Source: Phoronis australis
Lineage: Eukaryota > Animalia > Phoronida
Assembly: GCA_002633005.1 (NCBI GenBank)
Contig: NMRA01000141.1
Span: 731,609 to 795,608, forward strand
Direction: 5' to 3'
DNA: 64,000 bases
Of the stretch, positions 54,365-64,000 are shown piece by piece (positions within the stretch are counted from its first letter, which is position 1; each line of letters begins with the position of its first letter). Position numbers and translations under genes: made by a program. The notes under the pieces are model-generated. The model was not told the origin of the DNA. It did no database searches and saw only the letters and a list, made by a program, of their open reading frames with translations.

Positions 54365-57300
54365 TCAAAAGGTATCATTAGTAGTGAATTCACTAAGCTC
54401 CTTGACTGGCTCAATCTTCAGCTGACGTGCGCTCTTGCGTATCTTAGCGTGCACTTCGTCGGGGTTCTCCCGTCGCACCAATGGCTTCTTCTGAGGCGGC
54501 TTCATCTTCCATGTGACAATTGATTGCTGAAATGTAATAAAAAAACATGAACCTCAGAAAGGACACAGAGACCGAACGCAGTAATTCTCATTTTAGCCAT
54601 TTTTCTTGTAGGAGCGAATACACAGAAGCATGCTCATAGCCAATTACTGAGGCAGAGGGTGTGAATCTGTTATCAATGGACCTTCAATACTCAGACCAGG
54701 GCTTGGAATGACCAATAACAAAAAACGCGGAAACTTTTACGGCCCAAATCATGCGCGCTACTCAGCCTTGAAATGGTCGATGTGAACCTTTCCCCGACAA
54801 AAATCGGGTAGACTAAAAAAAACAAAGAAAAAACGTTACCACCATCAGTAGCATGCATCTGCGTCCTTTTAGCTCGTCCGTCCACTCCCAACCCACACAT
54901 TTTTGGCTGCAGAGCCGTAGTATTTGTCGCCGCGGTTTACAATAACACGAGTCGCCATTGAAAATCCCACCACGCTATCCCATATGCCCCGGCAATGTTG
55001 ACAATTTACGTTCCTCCGAAGCATAAAGAGCAACTTCCGTTTTTCGAGGTGAACGTCGTCTGCAACGCCGCGGCAAGAAAGGAATTTGCCGCGGAAATTT
55101 TATATCAAATCCGATTTTTTTTACGCAGAAATATATTAAAATGCGCGGACAGAACATTTGAAAAAAGCGGAAATCCGCGTTTCCGCGGAAAATTCCAAGC
55201 CCTGTCAGACCTCACCACTGTTGCCTAAATGCTCCGGTGCTTTTTCCCGATGGCAGACTTAGTTCCAACTGGGTAAATTATGACTACCAGAACCCACTCT
55301 GACTATGGGCATGGCTACTTTTTTTGAAAAGAAAACCAAAAACACAGCCAAACGCTACACTTCACAGAAGTTAAAGAAATAAGAACGATAAAATCAAAAT
55401 CATTACTTTTTAGACCTATTAGAATTTCCATTTTAGAGTCCCATGAGATAGTATGTACTTCCGTTAGAGTTAAAAATATGCAGAACCAATACATTAAATC
55501 CAAATATTCACAAGTTAATATGTTTCTAGGGGAGCTCAACTTCCTGTAAAGTACAAAGATATCTTTTCCCCACAAAAGTATTGATAAAGGCACTTAAGAC
55601 CAAGTAGTCACTGGCTGACTCTAGCACTAAATACCCCCATTCCACCCTTGTACTTCACATGTAGTCACTGACTGACTCTATCACTACATACCCCCATTCT
55701 ACTCTTGTACTTCGTTGATGCTACATATGTGGCCTTCACAGTCAGCACAACAGAGTTCATCAGATTCTTGGCCGCTTGGATCAAAGACGTGGCACTGTCC
55801 AACTGAAACAAGAAATTAAGCTTTTGAAAGCATTGTACCATGACAATCCCACTGCAGGCAATGAGCTACATGCTTATTGAACAGACTTCAATGCCAGTTT
55901 ACTAAGCACATGGCTCACTGAGGGTTGCCAGAAAACCGCTGGTAATGTGCTCAGTGAATGACACTAATTTGGCTGTAATTATCAATTATTGCATTACAGA
56001 TGGTCATTCAAGTTTGTTGGATAAGCACAAAGCTCATGCATGTGATGCACTTCCATGAAACTATTCACTGAAAGTATAAAAGGAAAAGAAATAAGTATAT
56101 GAGACAAAATGACTCGGAATTTCCCGTCATGACAGCTGGGTGGAAGCCGAATTCATAATCAGCGTAGTCTTTTTATAAGACCAAGAATAGAGAGGGATAA
56201 ACAAGAGAGTTAGTAAGGAGGCTAAGCCATTCTATAATTAGAAACTTGCCACCTTGTAGGTTATTAGCAGTTATTTTCACAGAATTAGATGGCATGATGG
56301 GGAAATGGTATTTTGTCCAGATACTTTTGTCTTGTAGTGACTATTGGGTACCATGGTTATTCAAGATGGACAATGAGAAGAGAGGGAATAAAAACTAGGC
56401 CAAATAGGTTAAAGTGCGATGATCATCAGGGGACACGATTCCTTAAGACTTAAGAGCCTGAGCACCAGCAGTTCCACATCCTTAGAGTAACAATTCACCA
56501 AAAAGGAGCGCAACTTTTACCAGAAGCACAGGATATACAACTCAATGAAGAATTTACTATGTTCTGCTAAAAACTTCGAGGAAAACTGGAGAATCAACTG
56601 GCAGCTTGTTGCAAACCATTGTCTTTGTTAAGATAGTCACCATAAAAAGGAGGTGAATTCACTGCTTAGTGAACAACAGAAAAACGAAAAGAGGACTTAT
56701 TACTTGTTTAATTCACAAACTGTTAGAGGGCACTGGTAACTGGGAAGCAAATTTCAGTCACCTTGGCATGATTTACGCAACTGTAATCCAACAATACAGG
56801 GAAAAACCAATTATTTGTAGAAATGTTACTAGCTTTTGGAAATGGAAAATTAGCTAAGTTGATAATTATGCTAGCGTAACTTAACAGCAGAATTACAGTC
56901 ACTGGTTCTCCAAGCACTTACCCCAGATACGATCAGCTCTCCACTGATGTTGGTGATATCAGCCTTCACTTTACTGGTGATGTTCAACTGATGCACGTAC
57001 AGGGCAATACGTTGCAGATACGCAATAAGGTCTTTCTTTGATGCAGAATCTGGGCACTGAAAGCAAAGGCAACAGTCAGGTAATAGGCTTATGAGTTTGG
57101 CTAAGAATTCCACAAGGATGAACATTAAGCGTGTATAACACAAGTTGTCTTGTGACACCTTTTACATTGTCATGCTTAGTGATGTGGGAGAACAACAAAA
57201 TATTCACAGACAACTTTTACAAACTTGTATCATAAAATTGTTGTTTTTATTCATTATTTACTACTGTGCAATGCCCATCAAAAGCATTGATATACACTGT

Positions 57301-60300
57301 CAAAGCACAGTATAATGAACCGAGTTTACAATGTTCGCTCCGTTATAACATTGCATTCCACAAGTCTTAAGCAAACTGAACTGAACACAGACTGATTTAA
57401 TTTTAGCAAACTTCGGTTTTATTGAACACTTTAGAAGAGTCCTCTGACAATTTGTTATATCATTGTTCGGTTGTGTCTAGATCAACCAATGAGATTGCAT
57501 TACCCTATCAGCAATAGCCCGCGCCAGCTTGTCCAATTTCGCTCCAGCTTCTGAGATTTTCTTGGCTGCATTGATGACATCCATTGTGTTCTTGAGAGGT
57601 CCACGGCCTCTGTTTATACAACAAAAAGCTATCATGACACACACATTTCAACAAAATGCCATCAACCTGGATTATTATCCACACTATGGTCAATGTAACA
57701 TCCATATTAACACTGACCTCTCTTAACACAAGAGGAAATAGCAAGAGCCATCACCAAGCCTACATGAAGTCTTACCCTCTCCCACAATTAACTCATAACT
57801 TCACCACCAGAAGCCTCTGCTTTCTTCTAAACCTCTGCCCACATTACTCCATCATTTCTGATCACAAGATGAGGTCATTCATCTCACACATACATCTACG
57901 TGCTCCATTATTTAGCTCACCTCGCTTCTCCAACAGTCAATACACACTACATTCCATTTTCATATATGCGCACCCACCTATACCCCCATCCAGCTTCACA
58001 CTTTGTAACTCACATCCTCATCCACCATTACACTCTCCCCACTCATCTCCTCGCCAGCTCCACCTATCTCTCTAAACCCACCCACCTCTTCATATTCCCT
58101 CAATCTTCCCCCATAACCTCTACCCATCTCTCCACCTACATCCACATACCTCCCCATCTCTCCACGCACGTCCACCCATCTCCACACCCTCTTCACCCAT
58201 CTCCCAACCCACCTGGTGAAGTCTGTCATTTCCATCATAATCATACACATCTGCTTTGCAAGCGTGATGATGTCATTGCCGCGGTCGTCCCACTTGGCGA
58301 TCTCATTGAACAGGCGCACCTTCTCCTGTCTGAAGGCCTCTACTTGTTCCTGAATCTGTTCCTTCTCCTCCTCGGGTAGTCTCAACATCATCTGGCGTGT
58401 AGCGTCATCACGACCTTCTACAAGGTCTGTCTGGTCTGTGTAGTCACTGTCTGTGAATGATAGAAAAGGTCAAACTCACACAGTGATTAAAAATGCTTGA
58501 CTACCTAACAGGATACTAAACCCTGTCATCATTGGTGTCAATCTTGAAAGAAAAGCAGGGTCAACTAAAAACTCATACCCGCTATTTCACAAACTGGACA
58601 CCGTGGTCCTAGGTGGGTTGTCTCTTTTCACAGTTACCCTGTAATTCGCTGAAAGTGTAGGTCATGCTTGCTAGTTTAGGAAGTTTTGAAATGAGTTTTC
58701 ATATTTTCCTCCAAATTGTTAAGGGTTGTCAAGGGTTCCAAAGCATTATTTCGTTTCAGAGATCTGGACGGGAAAGCTTTTTTTAGTACCTGTTAATAGG
58801 CCAAAACCCGGTTTGGTATCCATATAACTTAAAACTTTCGTCTGTTATTTCTGTGTTCTCAAAATTTTACTGCATAACATATCAGTTGATGTAACAAATA
58901 CAAAATTTTTGCCGTCTCATTCATCAAACTCGTATCCAGTAACTTTTAATTTTACAACCATCCCTCCTAAACGACAAGTGAAGTAGACACTTGTGGGCTG
59001 CGCAAAATAAAGTTCCACTCACTGCTCCTCGTCTCCTCATATTGGTCCTCGTACTCATCATAGGCACCGTACTCCTCATCAGAATCATAGATCTCATCTG
59101 GCCTCTGAAATATACAGAAAAATCGTGGAAACAAATACGCAAGCAGACTTACAATAACCTAGTTTCTTTGACAATCAAAGAAAGGTCAAAGCACTAAGCA
59201 GCCAGCTTATATCCTAACCAAATTCTCAATTCAGCATTTATGACTAAATTTAGAAAAGGCCAATAATGTCATACAAAATACATGCCTCGGAAACCAATCC
59301 CGGAAAAGCATTTACCAAGACTTCAATATCTGAATAAATGGGTTTGTATCATAGAGGTTATCTAAAATTTGATTCTTTGAATAATAAGAGACTGAAAGGT
59401 GCTGGATTCATAAAGTGATGAGGGGGCAATAGTCCTGCCACAACTAAGAGGGGACCACCCTCTCGATCGGTCCTTCAATTTGAAAGGATACTACTTGAAA
59501 GCACGAGAAGAGTGACAAACGAAAGATGATAGAATATGAATAAAAAGTAGGAGAAAGGTCCATTTCTGCCGCTATTAGGCCCCCCCCCCCTCAATAGATG
59601 TTCGTCCCTCAATAGGAACGGATTTGTGATGTCAAAAACAGGAAATGAGCTCCAGCTGTTGCTATCATAACATCTCTCCAACATCGATCCCAATACTATA
59701 ACATAATTAAAAAAAAACAGAAAAAGAACAAAGGTTACAGTTGAATCCATTATCCATTGTCACAGAGATATGCATGACAAAACAGAGAGCTTTGCACGCG
59801 CTGATAATTTTACTTTTTTGAATAATTTGAAAATCTGAAAAAAATTGCCAATGAAAATCTACACAAGTTTGATTTTCTAAGATATTTAAGAGGCATGATG
59901 TCCGTTTTCAAGAATCGTCCCTAGTACGCCTATGCCGGTTGCCACCAAGATTTTATCCCAAATGCCGACAAATTATTGGGGGGCACATGCCCTTACCCTG
60001 CTAGGGCAGTCATGTTTGCATTTCTCATAACCAGCACATAATAGTTACCCTATTCATCAGCACAGCAGCTCTGATGTCCCGCACCCCGTCGTACACCATT
60101 TGTGAAGCACCAATGAACTCGTTCTCGTCAACTTGGCCGTTAGGCGACGATGACAAAGCGTCAACCGCCATCTCTACTCTCTCAGCAAACTTCGGCATAA
60201 CTAAAGTACAAAAATTATGAAAATAATGTCTCTGTAAGTTAGTTATGCGCTCGAATTCAATAAGAAATGTACTTTTGCATGAAGACAGAGCTCAGAGGAG

Positions 60301-63300
60301 GATCTTTGAACAAATATGTTGTAAGCACACATCCACCTTATGCGTGCATCTGTGTACCAAACAGGGAGTCCCCCATGATACCAGAACCGATCTGTGTACC
60401 AAACAGGGAGTCCCCCATGATACCAGAACCGATCTGTGTACCAAACAGGGAGTCCCCCACGATACCTGAACCTACTGCACATTTCTGGACTTACTTTACT
60501 CAATATGTTATTTTTGGTATCACTTTACTACGAGCTCCTCTTCTACTTGTGATACTTTCTAATAATACAACAAAAAAATTTAGGCCCTTGTTTCAAAGAA
60601 AACGGAACAAAACCTTCAAATTGGGGGCGTTGCATTTCTCCCAATTCCTCATGACACCAAAATCTGACTTTTCAGTATCTTTTGCACTCAGCTCTTTAAA
60701 CGTTTGAAACTCAGCAGCTGCCCTAGTTTTAGGTAAGTCAGGTTTTAACTAACTTTCCCAAGACCAGAATCAATGTCTGTCGTAATATTAAGAACAGCCT
60801 CCGCAAGACCATTAACTTAGCCAACGAGTTACCAAAGCTCGGAAAGAATCATTGAAATTGTTGAAAATGAGATGAGAATATGATGACCGTGGTTTAATAA
60901 CTTGTAATCTATAGACAAAATGAATTTCATGTATATTAAACTGTGCGATTTAACAGTAACCGGCAATTTATGACCCGACGACCTACTTTGATCTCTCAGC
61001 ATGTAAACCGCTTCCATGACGCGCTCAGTGTAGACACCCGGCTCATAATTATCCATCTCAGCTGTCACCACATTACATACTCTGGCTGACCGACCTCGTA
61101 TGGCACCTGCTGTTCGATCAAGCGTGTCCGCATCACCCTCTTGCAAGGCTTGTACGCACTTGTTTACATCTTCCAAGATATGACTTTCAGAGACAGCCAG
61201 AAAATCATCAATCGTGGTGATGTCATCCACGGCTTCAGTCAAGAGACGCACCTGAAAATACGCAACACTTATTTAGATAATGGACACCATTGTTTACCCA
61301 GGTGAAACACTTTTCGACGAAAAAAATTCTGAAGCCAACAATTTCTGGAACCCATCACATGGCTCTGTAACATCAATAGAAAAGTTTCAAGTGAGTTGCA
61401 GAAGCATTGATTTAGGATTGTTTGCATCACGATCACACATGCTTTGAAGTTATACTGTTTGATGTTGACAGAATGAAGTGCAGTGTGCCTGTGTACTCTG
61501 TCAGTGCACTTACCAGACGGGTGAAACTGCGACTATAAAATTACACACCATAACGCTGTACCATAACCCGGTGTTTGCAAATACTATTCTTATATTAATC
61601 ATACACTATCAAGACACTGGAAAAATAACATTGAAATTGTGACGTTTTTATTACACAAAATATGAACCAATGTCAATAGCATATTGCTCTTGTGGGCTTG
61701 TTTCATGAAACTTTTTCTGTTTTAACTTAGAAAGAAATCTGGCTAACTTACGAACAAAATGTCTAAGCCTGTTTCATGAAATTTCTTAAGATGAAAGTTA
61801 ATATCGAAAGCGGTCTAAGGCCGAAAGACAGCCTGGTACAGAGTAGGCTCAGGACTGGACTTATGGTCTAAATGACCAAAATTTAGGACAATTATCACCG
61901 TACACTGCTAAGGAACAAATTTCATTGATATTTTGTCACAATCTAATGTCCCTAAACAATGTCCTGCCTTGAAGATTGTCTGTTTTCCATTTGAAAAGCG
62001 GCAAAGGCCATAGGGACAATGCAGTGAGACTTAGAGGCAAATGTGAAGTATTTCTAGCCATACCAGGGACTTCTCAAGCAAATGAGATCCTACTTGTACC
62101 CAAATTTCAATAAATTCACATTCATTCTTTCAAGACCAAGATTATTCTTGAAATCATATTAGTTTTGCAAATTCACAATAGGTGGCAAAAGCATAGTTTG
62201 TGGGCTCACAATAGTTGGATTCATCCCAATATCAACATCATGTGTACCCTACTCAATGGGAACACAATTTATACTACAGTTCATGAAGATCCACCAATCA
62301 GCGAGGTAGATAATAAGACACAGGCAAGGAAAAACGACTTTGCCTCTAAGGGGCGTCACAGGAGTTGACCTCATCTCAAAATCTATGTCATTTGTGACCA
62401 TTTCAATAGTAACACATCTGAAAAAATTCCGTAAGATCTTTCAACCATTCCGTCAGAGAGGGAGGCTCAAAAAATAAAAATGACTGCCAGGGGGCACAGA
62501 ATATGTTGTATCCACACAAAAGTGAGAATGAGACATTGTCTCCAAATTTCATGAAAATCCGACAAGGAACTATTAAAGTAGATATAAAATCTCATGTAAA
62601 AAATAAAATTGCCACTAGGGGGAACAGCGGTAATGGAATCTGTCTGAAAATTTGTGTTTGCCATCCAATCCATGATAAGAGAAGGATGGATGGAGATGAT
62701 GGCATAATGCACCCACATATACATGTATGCAGAGGCATAAAAACACAACATGCAATAAACATAGAAACAAACACTGCACCTGTCGTTCCCACGTCTCCTT
62801 GAAGACGTCCATATTTTCTTGAGCCACCTTGGACTTCGGCCTGGCAGCAAGGATTCGTGCAGCATTAATGACCTGGGGGCACAGAGCCTCGATCTGGGCT
62901 GCGGCCAATCGTACGAGCTTCACCCCTTCTTCATTGTTTGACATGGAACAAGCCAGGTTGGCCACCTATGGGTACATACTGAAGATTACCTCATGACTTT
63001 CCAAGTTAATGACAAGACCAAACAATCCGCAAAGAGCAATCTAACTCTTTACTTAATATAACAGATTTTTAAAAATTCAAAAATGACAATTGAAACCAGT
63101 GAAAACTGTAACCCAAAATTTGCAACTTTTCCCCTTTAGTCTCACTGTAAATATCTGTTTGTCCGCTGCTGTCTTTATCAAAGATGACCTGAAGCCATAC
63201 ACAATGTTGTCATCCTCAAACTAGTGTTGGTAAACGTGCTACATGAGCATTATTTGACCAAATTTCTTTCAACTTTCTTTGCTTTTGTCACCAGGGCCCA

Positions 63301-63720
63301 AGACTTCACACTTTATTCAAAAATAAAGAAACTGACCAATCATGTGGCAGGCTTCATTCAGTTGTCAAATTTCATGCCAATTGATTGGTCAATAATTGAG
63401 TAAAGTCTTGCGTTAAGTTTGGTGATTGTATCAACCAATCTTGGAAGTATTGTGAAAAATTGAAAAATAATCACAACTGTTTGTCAAAATATTTCTACTC
63501 AGAATTTTCCTTTACCATTACGACAACACTATTCTGGAGTGTTAGTAACGAGTGAAATAACATTTACCTCGACTAATTTGTTGGCATGTTCAGTGAAGAC
63601 TTCTGCATATTCCTCTACTTCGCGTTCATTACCGGCACGTGCAGCCTCAATGAGCACCAACAGGGGGACGTTAGTCTCCAGGAACGAGTCGGACACATGA
63701 TCAACTACCGCCTTACGCAG
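54365..63720 (-). CDS. CTNNA: Alpha-catenin, 3' part (10 exons; gene continues beyond the right edge)
   Basis: Exons 63720-63568, 62965-62780, 61251-60987, 60200-60049, 59104-59023, 58450-58213, 57609-57504, 57056-56922, 55802-55692, 54526-54365. Diagnostic peptides: LRKAVVDHVSDSFLETNVPLLVLIEAA, AVDDITTIDDFLAVSE, WDDRGNDIITLAKQMCMIMMEMTDFTRGRGPLKNT, LDSATSLIQAAKNLMN, WKMKPPQKKPLVRRE. Confidence 0.96.
54697..55204. mobile_element. MITE (hAT-like) with 13-bp TIR and 6-bp TSD in the last alpha-catenin intron
   Basis: tcagac|cagggcttggaat...attccaagccctg|tcagac. Confidence 0.85.
57960..58210. repeat. C/A-rich low-complexity intronic tract
   Basis: ccatctctccac-like degenerate repeats adjoining an alpha-catenin donor site. 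Confidence 0.7.
60348..60472. repeat. 42-bp minisatellite x3 in alpha-catenin intron
   Basis: atctgtgtaccaaacagggagtcccccatgataccagaaccg at 60348, 60390 and 60432. Confidence 0.92.
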
Positions 63721-64000
63721 CTATAGGAAAAAAACAACATACAAAACGAATAAGTATAAAATTGCACTATTGATTAGACATCCAAGATAATGCCCCCACT
63801 TTGTAGGTTTTCAATTTAAACTGCAGGGGTGCCAAGAATACAAATTTGAAAATGGCACACCTATGCATGGCATGTAATTTGATTTGTCAATCACCAATAA
63901 CTTGAGATCAGATGAGCTTGGGAATGTTTAAAACACCAAACCTCTTCAGTTAAAAAAAATTGAGTATAGACAGCTAAACAGGGACGAAGCACAGCCTTAA

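Noticed and set aside
57656-58379. His/Pro-rich + strand ORFs of 139 and 159 aa
   Set aside because: They arise from a low-complexity intron and the antisense of an alpha-catenin exon.
54365-63720. Vinculin or alpha-catulin instead of alpha-catenin
   Set aside because: The peptides match alpha-catenin-specific M-domain and C-terminal sequences, and there is no vinculin proline-rich hinge.

Overview
This is intron-rich eukaryotic DNA, probably from an invertebrate animal; the species cannot be determined from the sequence, and most entries in the ORF track are spurious. Three spliced genes can be reconstructed by hand from GT-AG junctions and reading phase. (1) On the + strand (4414-31651) is a type-I membrane protein: signal peptide, one SRCR domain, up to 16 thrombospondin type-1 (TSP1) repeats, a TM helix and a short tail. 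Each TSP1 repeat sits on its own 171-nt phase-1/1 exon in tandem-duplicated arrays, and three dead pseudo-exons alternate with intact ones. (2) On the - strand (51570-36953) is a convergent, related receptor: signal peptide, CUB, SRCR, Thr-rich mucin stalk, TM, and a cytoplasmic CCCH+CCHC zinc-finger motif of the kind seen in DIRS/Ngaro retroelement ORF1 proteins. (3) The 3' part of alpha-catenin lies on the - strand (63720-54365) and continues off the right edge. Introns and intergenic DNA carry a decayed HERO-like non-LTR retrotransposon, a 5'-truncated RNase H LINE with an 18-bp target-site duplication (TSD), an internally deleted Kolobok transposon (THAP transposase plus KolX/P2X7-ballast-like gene), a THAP-bearing ISL2EU-like element, several MITEs and minisatellites. 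No rRNA, tRNA or CRISPR array was seen. Family assignments come from recalled motifs, not database searches.
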